Virus record (IMG/VR): IMGVR_UViG_3300032334_001937
Span: 48,020-112,019 of that record
DNA from: a virus
DNA: 64,000 bases
Reading direction: 5' to 3' (one strand)
Shown: piece after piece, positions 10,501 to 20,194 of the stretch
Layout of the letters: each line of letters starts with the position of its first letter
Position numbering within the stretch: position 1 is the first letter of the stretch
Notes under the pieces: generated by a model
What the model was told of the DNA's origin: nothing
Seen by the model: the letters and a program-made list of their open reading frames with translations, nothing else
The model's database searches: none
Made by a program: the position numbers and the translations under genes

Positions 10501-13500
10501 TGTTAGTGCATTTTGATTATTATAGTCTACTGTGTTATTAGCTTGTTGTTGTCTTAGCTGTTCTGCTAAAACATAATTTCCATGGATCTTTGCATCTAAA
10601 ATTTCTGCATCAAGGCTTGCCTGTTTTTGCAAGTAATCTTGCTGATTCTTTAACTCTGCTGTTGCATCTTGCTGAGCCTGCAATTTTTTCTGAAGAACTT
10701 TAAGCTCTGCCTTTGCAATTTCTAAAGCACTCTTGCTATTTGCCTTTTCTGCTGCCTTTAGATTAGCAACCTTTGCTGCATAGTCTGCTCTGTCTTTTGC
10801 ATTTTGTTTTTGTATGTCAGCATTTGTTTTTTCAAGGTCTTTTTTAACTGCATCTAAAATCTGCTTTTGTCTTGCTTCTTCAGTTTGACCTGGAGTCATA
10901 GGAACACTTTGTGCTGCCTTCAAGAATATCTGAGCCTCAGCAAAGCTTGCACCCAATGCTCTAAGTTTTGTTAGCTGTGCACCAAGGGCTATGTCTGATT
11001 TATTTGCTGCAATAATTAAATACTGATATGCCTGAGCTGTTCCGCCAAGAGCCTTAGATAATGCGTTGGCCATGCGGATTGCATCTTCATAAGATGTTTT
11101 TGAATCTAGAATTCTGCTTGCAACTAATAGCGCTGCATCCGCTACTCTCTTTTGCTGCTTTGTCAAACCATCATATGCAACATCAAGGTTTGATAATGGT
11201 CTAGCAGCATTTCTTAATTTAGATATCCATGTACCAGTTGCAGTAGTTGAATTCTTTGTGCTTGTTGTAACAGAATCTATTGCCTTCTTTAAGTACTCAG
11301 TCTTTCCAGCATATGTAAGAAGAGTTGTAATTAAGTCTTTTACCTTTGATGGATCCATTCCATTTGCTACCTGTGCAGCAACAAACTGTCTTACTGTTCC
11401 AACAACACTGCTCTCACTGCTCATTCCCTTTAGGCTGTCAGCTACAAGCTTTAGAGGATTATCACTCTTTAACTTATTAATTGCATTAACACGTTTTTGA
11501 AGTTCACTTAATTCTTTATTTGTATCTTTGACTGATGTTGCAAATACGTGAATCTTTGCAGTCTGATCAAGCATTGTTCCACCGAACATGCTAATTACAT
11601 CAGCACTTGCTGTATAAGTTGCTTTTACAGTTGCTTCATGCTTTCTATGCATTTCCACTAATGATGTTATTCCAGCAGTAACAAGTCCTATTGCAGCTCC
11701 AGCTGCAGCTCCCCATACACCAAACATTGCTCCCATAGCTGCCATATTTGCTGTTGATTGAGCTAATGCTTTTCCTGTAAACTCTGGCAAAGCACTAAGA
11801 GCCATGCTTCCAACCATAAGTCCAGCACCAGCTGCCATGCCTCTGCCACTTAAACCAAATCTAGATTTTCCAGCATCTTTTGTTTTGTTTCCATTTTCTT
11901 TTCCAGCAGCTAATTTTTCTTGTTCAGTTAATGCAGCAACAATTGGAAGTGACATTGCATTCTCTGGCATGCTTGGTCCAATTTGAGCTGGCCCCTGTGT
12001 TCTTGTTGCTACTCTTCTTTTCTTTAGTGCCTCTTTAGCTCCAACATCTACTGACTGTACAGCTTCTACACCAATCTTTTTACCTGCTGCTGTTACAATC
12101 TTTTCATCAGCAATCATGCCTTCTGCAAGACCACCATCAATATACTTTCCAGTACGTTTTGATGCTTGAGAGTTTGAAGCAGTTTCTGCACCCTGTGCAA
12201 CTCCCTTAGTAGCTCTTCTTCCAGTTTCTATTGCAACCTTTTCTGCAAATTTTATTAAACGATCATGTGCATTTGCAATAATTGCTTTAGTTCTTACTTC
12301 AATTTCTTTTACACTTGCTGTAATTCCTGGCATGATGTGTGCTGCTTGAGCTCCAGTATATTCTTTTAGTGAATTTTCCTGTGCTCTTTTTCTTGCACGA
12401 TTTAAAGCTATTCGTTGTGAAAGATATGACTTGCGCTCTTCTGGCATGTCTTTTGGTGGTAATGTTCCTAGCTCAGGCAAAACATCTGGCAAAGTGTTTG
12501 GAACATTTTTCATTTGAAATTCGGGCTTAGTACCAGTTTCACTTGATTTACTTGGTCTTTCACCTTTTCTAAAAGCAAAAGGATTTAATCTTACTGCAAG
12601 AGCTTGTGCTTTTTCTCTAAAATCAATATAAGATTTTCCTAAGCTTGTTCTTGGAACAGAAGATCCAGTACCGCTTCCAACCATTGCAACAGTTCTTATA
12701 TCATCTATTGCGCTATTAATTGCTGCAGCTGCTTGTTTACCGCCAATATTAATTGTTTCAGCTTCTTTTCTCATTGCTGGAACAACAATATTTTCAAGGT
12801 CTAAATCTGTTACTAAAGTTTTTCCTGATTTTTCTAATGCACTTATAGAAGACTCTATAAGTTTTTTGCCTGCAACTTCAAAATCTTTATGTAACGTTGG
12901 ATCCTCAACACTTACTCCCATTGAGTCTGCCATTACTGCAAGAAGTGGAGATGCTGCTGCACCACCAGACTGACGAAGTGATGCAATAACATCCTGCATG
13001 CTTGCTCCAGTTGAACTTCCTAGCTGTTGGTTAATCCAATCTTGTAAATATATGGTTGCATTTCTATATGCTTTAATCTCAATGTCTTCAAGTGGTCCTG
13101 TTGTCCCGCCCTTTAGTTTTGTTCCACGACCTGTTGGGAATCCAGGTAGGTTATCTGCAACTAAAGAATTAATTAGATCTGGATGTTTTGAAACAACTGC
13201 TGCTGGGATGATTGCTTCACCATTAGAAATTCTTGCAATGATAGAATCTGAAGTTCCAGTTCCTGGGCCAGTCACAACTCCTGGTGTTCCAGTTGCAAAC
13301 TTCTTGAGGGCTGGAGCCTTCATCATTCCAGGATTGCTCATAGCAAAAGTTTTTGCTGCAACTATTGCTCTTTCATATGCCACTCTTAATTGATTGACTG
13401 CCCCTGCTTCTACAGTAAATTGCTGAGTAAGGGTTGCATGTGCCTGCTCAAGTGAGTGTGCTGCTGCTGCAGCATCAAGCTGTTCGCTTGTTAAATATTG

Positions 13501-15291
13501 TGTTTGTTCTCCAAGATTTTGGCTTTGGCCAGTAAGTCTTTGATATCCTGTTCTTAATGTAAGGAAAAGTTTCATTATGTTTGCAACACCGTTTGCAAGC
13601 AAACCAAATGTCATCAAAAGAATTGGACCAAGACCACCAATAACTCCAGCGGTAATTGCTACAAACTTTTTAGTGCCATCAGATAAGTTATTAAACTTAT
13701 CAAGTACTTTAGTAACAAAATCAATAACTGGAGTAAATGCTTTCATGAACACTTCTCCTACTGGAGCAAGAGATGCTTTAAGCTTTGCAACTGCTGCTTG
13801 AAATTTAATTAATGCAGATGCTGATGTTACACCTAATTCTTTTTCGGTAAGGCTTGCAAGATTCCCTGCTGACTGACCTGCTAAATCAAGAACTCTTGAT
13901 GCCTGATTTCCTGACTGAATAACATTCTTCATCAATGTTGAAATACGTGCAAACTGGAATTTACCAAACATTGTTTCAATTGCTCTTGCTCTAGCAAGTG
14001 GATCTAATCTATCAAGTTCTTTAGCAAACTCAACAACTGTTGCCTTAAGATTACCCTTGTTTTTATTTACAATTCCATTTATATTAATTCCCATACTTGC
14101 AAGCATTTCATTTGCTTTTTTGCTTGGGTTAATTAAAGAGGCTAAGCCAGACTTTAGTGCGTTAGCACCTTCTGATGCATTAACTCCTCCTTCTTTCATT
14201 GCAGTAAGGAAGAAAGCTAAGTCTTTTACATCTCCACCAAGTGACTGAATTACTGGAGCTACCTTTGGAATAGCTGTTGTAATATCATCAAGAGATGTTA
14301 CAGTTTGGTTTTCTACTGCGTTAAGGAAGTCAATTGTTGTAGCAAGCTCTGTTGAAGAAATCTTAAAAGCATTTTGAAGAGATATAGTTGTTTCAAGTGC
14401 TTGCTGTTGTTCAATTTGTCCAAGGATAGCAAGCTTAGTTGCTGCATCTGTTTGTGCAATTAAGTCTGCATTCTTAAAACCTGCTGCAGCTGCTTGAGAA
14501 GCAAGCTCTACTGTCTTAGATACTTCAACGCCATACTTTGTATACCCGTCAGCAAGTGCTCTGATATTCTTTAATGCAGCTTCTGTTTCTACTTGATTAG
14601 TACCAAGATCGCCATATACTTTTCTAAATCTAATTACTTCTGTTTCTAATGTCTTAAAAGACTTGGCTGCTGCCTGACCAAATGCAGCAAGTGGTAGAGT
14701 AAAACCAACCATAAGCTGACGACCAGCCCACTGAGTATTTTTACCAAAGTTAAGAAGACTTGTTGATCCTTGTTTTATTAACTGATTAAAGATTGCTTGC
14801 TTTTGAGCTGCTATCTGAGTTTGTGTACTCAGATTATTCATGTCAAGAGTTAATGGTCTGATAGCAATTGCCTTCATTGCTCCAGTTGCATCACGACCCA
14901 TCTTGATGTATTGGGTCTGTAATGTCTTTACACGTTCTTCGGCTACCTTGCCAATTGTGTCAAATTCACTCTTAAATGCTTTACCAAATGTTTTTGTTGC
15001 TGCCCCAGCATATCTGAAGTACTCACGCATTGAGAGCTTATTGCCCTCAAGCGATGTAGTAAATGATTCTGCTGTTGTTTTTACTGTGCGGAGTTCTGCA
15101 GAGAAAGCACCAATAGCATTTACACTATTGACAAAATTTCTCTGCAGATCCCTCTGAGCAAGTGCTGCTGCTTCACTACTTTTAGCAACAGATGAGTGAA
15201 ACTGAGATATCTGACGTTGTAGGGCCTTTAGTTGGTCCAATGCTGCAGACGTATCAATATTTACGCCAATATTAGCATTTACATCAGACAT
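7501..15291 (-). CDS. Tape measure protein with C-terminal ADP-ribosyltransferase-like and OmpA-like domains
   Basis: 2596 aa, Ala-rich and helical, with a TP901-type core (GVNASEGANALKSGL). Two GPGxxTSDSIxAxxSNxE motifs. OmpA motif GHADSRG...LSLNRA...NRRAE. ART-like motif VYRG...SFT...KEQY. Confidence 0.92.
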   Translation of the reverse strand: MSDVNANIGVNIDTSAALDQLKALQRQISQFHSSVAKSSEAAALAQRDLQRNFVNSVNAIGAFSAELRTVKTTAESFTTSLEGNKLSMREYFRYAGAATKTFGKAFKSEFDTIGKVAEERVKTLQTQYIKMGRDATGAMKAIAIRPLTLDMNNLSTQTQIAAQKQAIFNQLIKQGSTSLLNFGKNTQWAGRQLMVGFTLPLAAFGQAAAKSFKTLETEVIRFRKVYGDLGTNQVETEAALKNIRALADGYTKYGVEVSKTVELASQAAAAGFKNADLIAQTDAATKLAILGQIEQQQALETTISLQNAFKISSTELATTIDFLNAVENQTVTSLDDITTAIPKVAPVIQSLGGDVKDLAFFLTAMKEGGVNASEGANALKSGLASLINPSKKANEMLASMGININGIVNKNKGNLKATVVEFAKELDRLDPLARARAIETMFGKFQFARISTLMKNVIQSGNQASRVLDLAGQSAGNLASLTEKELGVTSASALIKFQAAVAKLKASLAPVGEVFMKAFTPVIDFVTKVLDKFNNLSDGTKKFVAITAGVIGGLGPILLMTFGLLANGVANIMKLFLTLRTGYQRLTGQSQNLGEQTQYLTSEQLDAAAAAHSLEQAHATLTQQFTVEAGAVNQLRVAYERAIVAAKTFAMSNPGMMKAPALKKFATGTPGVVTGPGTGTSDSIIARISNGEAIIPAAVVSKHPDLINSLVADNLPGFPTGRGTKLKGGTTGPLEDIEIKAYRNATIYLQDWINQQLGSSTGASMQDVIASLRQSGGAAASPLLAVMADSMGVSVEDPTLHKDFEVAGKKLIESSISALEKSGKTLVTDLDLENIVVPAMRKEAETINIGGKQAAAAINSAIDDIRTVAMVGSGTGSSVPRTSLGKSYIDFREKAQALAVRLNPFAFRKGERPSKSSETGTKPEFQMKNVPNTLPDVLPELGTLPPKDMPEERKSYLSQRIALNRARKRAQENSLKEYTGAQAAHIMPGITASVKEIEVRTKAIIANAHDRLIKFAEKVAIETGRRATKGVAQGAETASNSQASKRTGKYIDGGLAEGMIADEKIVTAAGKKIGVEAVQSVDVGAKEALKKRRVATRTQGPAQIGPSMPENAMSLPIVAALTEQEKLAAGKENGNKTKDAGKSRFGLSGRGMAAGAGLMVGSMALSALPEFTGKALAQSTANMAAMGAMFGVWGAAAGAAIGLVTAGITSLVEMHRKHEATVKATYTASADVISMFGGTMLDQTAKIHVFATSVKDTNKELSELQKRVNAINKLKSDNPLKLVADSLKGMSSESSVVGTVRQFVAAQVANGMDPSKVKDLITTLLTYAGKTEYLKKAIDSVTTSTKNSTTATGTWISKLRNAARPLSNLDVAYDGLTKQQKRVADAALLVASRILDSKTSYEDAIRMANALSKALGGTAQAYQYLIIAANKSDIALGAQLTKLRALGASFAEAQIFLKAAQSVPMTPGQTEEARQKQILDAVKKDLEKTNADIQKQNAKDRADYAAKVANLKAAEKANSKSALEIAKAELKVLQKKLQAQQDATAELKNQQDYLQKQASLDAEILDAKIHGNYVLAEQLRQQQANNTVDYNNQNALTALEKQIAAKQDEVDKLQADKDKKDNIIASAGPAPVATPTIDIKGALDRISRMFNFDKSNPLPVVVVSGAGSMTPTRAIDGKTVGAAADKALQQRSGVTRTSTGDSVYVFEWNGKQYAVDGAGVIQQWNPQTLSVKGKPVNRNTTKKADGGFISGPGSTTSDSIPAMLSNKEYVVNASAVDKYGVGFFDQLNAKKFATGGPVGKKNGNFFSRFNPVNMFSSYLSGMMGMGASKIDPRVSSYKSAVSQTEKDRIALLAAQGLSGYTSAFNLKNNTSPEIFGHKGLGVAADVLGVLPAVGLAGKLGMGTKSAIVPKVTVHAAMDDNFVPKLPQYRPSMGNSYVMQRVIQQNKAFAEAQAVKTSKLSEDTVSSIKKYQQMIADHRTKIKDLESGKFFKDHTWAKPEDAPSMIENSKTTIADALKLLKLSRKTDTPPGGINALDLYTQKPMYAQKDDWGVINSLLTRKPMGEDQVVYRGLSLKDMADIVGHKTVPNKALQNGKAWMDKFGYNSMTQDAPWSHFTSRWKENAVDLIKASGKPEPRYDSPEAAPFKEFDKGLNVGQSWIPDMHKSFTDNLDWAKVIATQGGTGGGQAGAIAKVILGKDVRGIKNLMDLGLGGYFKDATAKEQYVAAYTEFVLKAINPLAIKIPAEGGHFIGEGASQQWVGPSASKLLDEYVFEAKRTLPSPHIPHFGTAGPRWNQPNAFQNINKPKFARGGQVTNYSKNFQGEVKPTYQGGTMMGPAAAWQEAHKEIIKIKVPPIRSNFSTNSYDLNKKQRLELQKLASQLIDNNIKSIVVQGHADSRGGVDNDLLSLNRAKATASYLSKFAKGIKFMPIGFGTYEPLAPNTNATNMAKNRRAELFLPDQYKTVYPEFNPEKFNTIIQGGGEITSKGTIGYSGPNFGKIIDAAKSKFGFAKGGMVKFNIPSYDVGTDYVPADTLAMVHKGERIIPADQNKTYNDGGMTNHFIINGTDLNKKEIADEIMVRLDRVQRQNNKTNKVMM

Positions 15292-15313
15292 GTATCACCT
15301 CTTTTAAGTTTTA

Positions 15314-15634
15314 TTATTCAGCTGGTAAAACGTTGACCAGTGAACCAAGCTCAATGCCTGATGCTGCTTCAACAATTTTATAAACAGTTGGAAGGTCAAG
15401 AATTTCTTCCAATGTTGCCAAATCTTTTGCCAGTTCTGGCTTGTACTGCTCCATAGCAATTTGAACACACTCAATCAAAATATTCATTGATTTTTCGTTG
15501 TTGTCTGCGACAGTAGCTATACCCTCAAACTTCTTCATAAATGGGCGGAGCAAAGAAATTTTTAGAGGCTTAACCTCAATCTTTGTACCGTCCATAAGAA
15601 TAAGTTCATTACCCTCATGTACTTTCGTTGCCAT
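15314..15634 (-). CDS. Tail assembly chaperone, short form
   Basis: 106 aa between tail tube and tape measure; paralogous to the N-terminal half of the upstream ORF. Confidence 0.7.
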   Translation of the reverse strand: MATKVHEGNELILMDGTKIEVKPLKISLLRPFMKKFEGIATVADNNEKSMNILIECVQIAMEQYKPELAKDLATLEEILDLPTVYKIVEAASGIELGSLVNVLPAE

Positions 15635-15665
15635 TATTTTATTCCTCCTATATAGGCTTAGTCAA

Positions 15666-16370
15666 TTATAGCATAGCGGAGGGGTCTCTAGCGTCTTCAT
15701 AATCAAGACCAAGACCAATACCAAACCCTGCTTTCTGTGCATTTACTCCTTGTAAAGCAAGAACATCATTACTATCAGAAGTTGCCCCACCACTAAATAC
15801 TCTAGCCTTCATATCTTCCCATTGCTTTTGACCTTGCTCTTGTTCACCTTCAAGATCAACCCCTTGCATTGCTGCTAAAAATTTCTTTTCTTCATAGTCT
15901 AATTCTCTTTTACTTGCTAGGGTTGCCAATAACTCTGGCATAGATAAAGATAATTCTAGTTCATGATAATCTTTCCATATACCCAGTAAAAATACTTCTG
16001 ACTCTAATTTAGCCAAGTCTAAGTCTGCCCATGTCATTCCGCTGCTAGTTGCTTGACTCTTTACGGTTTCTTGAGAATCTTCATTTATCTTAATTCCCGC
16101 AGCAACATCAAGAACCAAATATACATTTGGCAAATCAAGATTATCTTCAACATCATCTTTTGTTTTTGATATTTCAGGAAAGTACTGCTTCATTGATATT
16201 CTAACGCATTCAACTAAAAGGTCTATTGACTCATCATCAGTTTCTGCAGTTTGCACTTTTTGAAAAGCGTCCATGAACTCACGAAGGTACTTAATTTTTA
16301 AAGGCATTGCCTCTATTTCAGTTCCATCAATAAGTTTAATTATTTTATTATTGTAAACAGTTGTAGCCAT
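15666..16370 (-). CDS. Tail assembly chaperone, long form
   Basis: Follows the tail tube gene. N-terminal half matches 15314..15634; C-terminal LSMPELLATL region resembles a chaperone T-domain. Start moved to MATTV, behind a TGCTAAAAT promoter. Confidence 0.7.
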   Translation of the reverse strand: MATTVYNNKIIKLIDGTEIEAMPLKIKYLREFMDAFQKVQTAETDDESIDLLVECVRISMKQYFPEISKTKDDVEDNLDLPNVYLVLDVAAGIKINEDSQETVKSQATSSGMTWADLDLAKLESEVFLLGIWKDYHELELSLSMPELLATLASKRELDYEEKKFLAAMQGVDLEGEQEQGQKQWEDMKARVFSGGATSDSNDVLALQGVNAQKAGFGIGLGLDYEDARDPSAML

Positions 16371-16400
16371 ATACTTCAATTTTAGCATATAGAAACAACA

Positions 16401-16425
16401 AAACCCACTATTTTCATAGTGGGCT
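16401..16425 (-). terminator. Probable intrinsic terminator after the major tail gene
   Basis: CCCACTA/TAGTGGG hairpin followed by a T-rich tract on the minus strand. Confidence 0.55.
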
Positions 16426-16445
16426 CAGTCGTATAATTTATTAAA

Positions 16446-17084
16446 TTATGAAGCAGGTGTGAAGGTACGATCTACGATCTTACCGTATGAACCTGAAACG
16501 TCTTCTGGAAGAAGACGGAAGTTAACTGCGAACATTGAAGCTTCGTTACGCTTTGCAGATACTGTAACATTTTCAATTGAAAGTGCACGGTATGCTGTGT
16601 AAACACGCTCTACTGTTGTTGAATCAACGCAATCACCAGTTCCTGGACCGACTGCGATAACTCCACGCTCTACTGGGCATTCGCCAATATCGCCTGCAGA
16701 AAGATCAAGTACACGGCCAGCTGATGTTGACTTTGTACCTGAAAGCTTTGAATCCTTATATGCAAGTGCAAGAAGAAGGTTCTCTAGTGTAGCTTCTGCG
16801 AAAGAAGTTGCAAGAGAAACCTGCATGCCCTGCTTATAAAGCTTTGCAACGTCAAGAATCTGGTCTACCTGGACTTCACCGAAATCTGGTTGGAACTGCA
16901 ATTCAAGACCATTTGTTGTATAGCCTACGTTTGTGTAATCTGCGTCATTTGTAAGGGTATCCTTATAAGACTTAGAAGACTCAAATGCTGTAAGGCTTGC
17001 TGCATCAAGAGTTGTATCTGCAACGAAAAGTGCTGCTGCACCAACGATGATGTTGGTTGATGTACCACGACTATAGTTAGCCAT
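16446..17084 (-). CDS. Major tail tube protein
   Basis: 212 aa; NVGYTTNGLEL and EATLENL motifs; canonical position. Confidence 0.85.
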   Translation of the reverse strand: MANYSRGTSTNIIVGAAALFVADTTLDAASLTAFESSKSYKDTLTNDADYTNVGYTTNGLELQFQPDFGEVQVDQILDVAKLYKQGMQVSLATSFAEATLENLLLALAYKDSKLSGTKSTSAGRVLDLSAGDIGECPVERGVIAVGPGTGDCVDSTTVERVYTAYRALSIENVTVSAKRNEASMFAVNFRLLPEDVSGSYGKIVDRTFTPAS

Positions 17085-17162
17085 ATTTTCACCTCTTTTT
17101 TCTAAATAGGGTTATTAAGTTGTTTGGCGTTGTGTTTCCTCAAACCCAGTATAACAGCATTT

Positions 17163-17696
17163 TTAATTGTATAAAGTAGTATTAGTATGGTAGTCGTACT
17201 CAACGATTATCTTGTTTTTCCAGTTAAATTTGACTGATGCCAGCTCTAGCAGATCCCTGGTCTCGTCAATCTGGAATACCCTAAAATTGTGGAAAAATAC
17301 ATTTAAAGGTGGAAGATCAGCATTATTCTGACTTAGCCAGGTGTTCACATCTTGAGCTGCAGCATCCTCACGGTCTAGGGCCTCTGTTATTACTCTTGAA
17401 ATATTTATGCCCTTGATATCACTTGTAGCATGAATTGTATAGACTAATTGCTCTTTTTTATTCCAGTAACTTGTGTCTGATCCATAGCGAATGAGTCTAT
17501 CCCAAAATATCATGAATGGAGCACCATCTACAGATATCTCTGTAAATAGGTCATCTAGGTTTGTTGACTGTACTGGAAATATTGGATCAATTCCTTCAAT
17601 TCCAGTTAATAGGTCAAATTCTTGTAATTGTGCAAGAATATATTTATTAACCAATACTGGTGGAAATGCTGTCTGTAGTGATACGCTTTCTGCCAT
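17163..17696 (-). CDS. Tail terminator-like protein
   Basis: Size and position immediately upstream of the tail tube gene. Confidence 0.55.
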   Translation of the reverse strand: MAESVSLQTAFPPVLVNKYILAQLQEFDLLTGIEGIDPIFPVQSTNLDDLFTEISVDGAPFMIFWDRLIRYGSDTSYWNKKEQLVYTIHATSDIKGINISRVITEALDREDAAAQDVNTWLSQNNADLPPLNVFFHNFRVFQIDETRDLLELASVKFNWKNKIIVEYDYHTNTTLYN

Positions 17697-17700
17697 GATA

Positions 17701-18378
17701 TTATGCTACTCCAATTTTTGCGTTTACTATCCATTTGAATCCAGTATCAACTCCTGTTGATCTACCGTTCCTTGCTCCAGAGGCAAAGTTCTTTTTGTAT
17801 ATTACTGGATTTTTAATATAATCATAAAGACCTGAAGACTTTAAAAATGATTGCTTAAAATATCTATTAAAAAATTGATCTGTTATTTTTTGTAAAGATC
17901 CTTGAACAAATTCTCCACCTGGGTTATCAACAACTATTTCTTTATCTGTAAAAATTGTTTCCCCATTGATTTCAAAAACAAGCTTGTCTGCTTTTTTAGG
18001 AGATATGGTTACTGGTATTCCTTCTTCCATAATTCGTGCCTTATCGTAAAATGGTGTTCTTGATCCATTTGATACTGTGGTTGATTGTTTAAAAGTTGAT
18101 CTAAAGGATAAACCAAGATTACTAACAGTATAATCAAAGTTGTAAAGTCTTGCATTAGGGCTTCCTGTTTGATACCACTCATAAATATGATGCAATGCTT
18201 TTGGGTTTGATCGTGCTTCGGAATCAACATATTGTTTTAATACCTCAACAACGTTCATGCCAAGATTATTCAGGAATAAAGTTTTTCCACGATTAGCTCC
18301 ATCTAAAAATCCAACAGAATACTCATAGATGTTTAACAGTTTCTTTTCAAGTTCTTTGGTACTTAATGATACTTTCAT
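17701..18378 (-). CDS. Neck / tail-completion protein
   Basis: Synteny within the head-tail joining block. Confidence 0.5.
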   Translation of the reverse strand: MKVSLSTKELEKKLLNIYEYSVGFLDGANRGKTLFLNNLGMNVVEVLKQYVDSEARSNPKALHHIYEWYQTGSPNARLYNFDYTVSNLGLSFRSTFKQSTTVSNGSRTPFYDKARIMEEGIPVTISPKKADKLVFEINGETIFTDKEIVVDNPGGEFVQGSLQKITDQFFNRYFKQSFLKSSGLYDYIKNPVIYKKNFASGARNGRSTGVDTGFKWIVNAKIGVA

Positions 18379-18842
18379 TGATCACCAACTGTTTGATTTT
18401 CTGACCTACGCCACATCATATAATAATATTCAATATTTTGAAGACCGCCTACAAATGGCTCAAGGGTTGCAACTTCAAATATTGTTCCTCTTCCTTTTCT
18501 AGGTCCTGCTGTTTCTCTATAGACTATGTTATCTCCAGGAAGCCTTACATTTGTAACTAAAATGTTTGTTATATTATTGTTATCATTTTTAGTAGAGGTT
18601 CTAATATCTACTCTTGATCTTGCCATTAATTTTCCATCTTGTTGCAAAAATACCTCTGGACTAATTTCTTCTTGAGTTCTTTTTGTAATAGACTGTGCAT
18701 TGCAGGCAATAGTTCTATCAAAGATCCATTCTTTTACTGCTTTGCCATATTCATTTTGAGTAATCACTGCATAGTAAACATCAGCAAGCATTGGATACAT
18801 AAAGTCTGTTGACTCACATGGATTTGATGATGCACCATACAT
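18375..18842 (-). CDS. Head closure (stopper) protein
   Basis: 155 aa, beta-rich, QNEYGKAVKEW motif; follows the adaptor. Confidence 0.6.
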   Translation of the reverse strand: MYGASSNPCESTDFMYPMLADVYYAVITQNEYGKAVKEWIFDRTIACNAQSITKRTQEEISPEVFLQQDGKLMARSRVDIRTSTKNDNNNITNILVTNVRLPGDNIVYRETAGPRKGRGTIFEVATLEPFVGGLQNIEYYYMMWRRSENQTVGDQ

Positions 18843-19822
18843 TACAACAGTCCTGGTGTACGCAAGTTTGTTACATATTTATCAAGAATAATGTCAACAA
18901 GAATATTTCCTGTACCAAAGAACTTAGATGGGTCATACTTAAGGCTAAACTGATCTGTTTGATACTCAGTTATATATGCTTTGTAGTGATCCATTCTTCC
19001 ACACTTAAGGTCTTCAATCATCATTCCTACTGCATCACGAACATCGTTTGGAATAACCTTATACCCTGCTTCATAAACAAATACATAATCAAAACCTTCG
19101 GGAAATGACACTGCTGGGTTTCTTGTATTAATCCACATATTGTCAAAATTCTCATATGGAGCATATGTATAAAATGAATCAGATCCAGCATCTCTATATT
19201 TTAGTGGTTTACGCTCATTGCGATTCTTTGGTTCATACTGACTTGAGTCTGTTGGAACCTTAACGATAGATGTTCTATCTTTTGTAATTACATAGTCAAA
19301 CCCTGCAAGTGCTGGAGTTGTAGCCTTTGAATCAAATACCATTATGCCATTTTCATAGACTTCATCAATCTTATAAATAGTTTCCCAGAATGGCATATAG
19401 TCTGTTCCTTGACCAACAACCTCAAGGACTTTCTTCTCAAATGTAAAACCACGGCTAATAAGTGAGTCAACAATAGCTCTTGCAATACGTTCATTATATG
19501 TTGCTTCTGCAATTTCTGATGCTGTTGTACCCAATGTTTTTGGATCAACATATGGTCTAACAATACTAAGAATATCTTGTACTAAAATGTGTTCTTCTGC
19601 ATCATTATTAATTTCATAAATTTGTACAGAATAATCATGATCATAGGTAATAAAATCACCTGTCAAAGTAAAAGTAATTTGTGAATTATTGTCTGATGTA
19701 ATAACCTCAGATGCCTCAACGGTTTTTGGAGCATTTTCAATTGTAAAAAGATAGTCCGTGTTTGGTTCTGGAACATCATACTTAACATCAATAGGATATG
19801 GTGGGAGTCTAAGAATGATCAT
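18842..19822 (-). CDS. Head-tail adaptor/connector protein
   Basis: YEAGYKVIPNDVRDAV...ILDKY motif typical of head-tail adaptors, with an N-terminal extension. Confidence 0.7.
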   Translation of the reverse strand: MIILRLPPYPIDVKYDVPEPNTDYLFTIENAPKTVEASEVITSDNNSQITFTLTGDFITYDHDYSVQIYEINNDAEEHILVQDILSIVRPYVDPKTLGTTASEIAEATYNERIARAIVDSLISRGFTFEKKVLEVVGQGTDYMPFWETIYKIDEVYENGIMVFDSKATTPALAGFDYVITKDRTSIVKVPTDSSQYEPKNRNERKPLKYRDAGSDSFYTYAPYENFDNMWINTRNPAVSFPEGFDYVFVYEAGYKVIPNDVRDAVGMMIEDLKCGRMDHYKAYITEYQTDQFSLKYDPSKFFGTGNILVDIILDKYVTNLRTPGLL

Positions 19823-19824
19823 AA

Positions 19825-20166
19825 TTATTTACCGTAGTGTTTTGCTACCTCTTGGGGTGTCGCTATGCGAACCTTATTGTGGGTAAGCCACTTTTCGGAA
19901 ACCTCCTTGGTTACAATATTATAGCCTTTTACGACTTCTCCAACACCATTCCAGAAAATATTACGTTCTGAAAAAAGTGCTACTTTTTCGTCCTTTGGCT
20001 TTTCTACCTTTGGTTCCGCTATTGATTCTTCTCTGGGTGTCCAACTAGCAATTACCTCAAGCATATGAGCCTTAGTCTTTACCCCAAATAAATCAATGTT
20101 ATTTTTCTTTGCATAAGACTTTATTTCCATAACAGTCTTTTTAGACAAATCTTCAATAATAGACAT
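19825..20166 (-). CDS. Hypothetical protein with a Rho-N/HeH-like N-terminus
   Basis: LSKKTVMEIKSYAKKNNIDL pattern. Confidence 0.5.
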   Translation of the reverse strand: MSIIEDLSKKTVMEIKSYAKKNNIDLFGVKTKAHMLEVIASWTPREESIAEPKVEKPKDEKVALFSERNIFWNGVGEVVKGYNIVTKEVSEKWLTHNKVRIATPQEVAKHYGK

Positions 20167-20194
20167 TAATTCCTCCTATGTCATTATACCAGAA

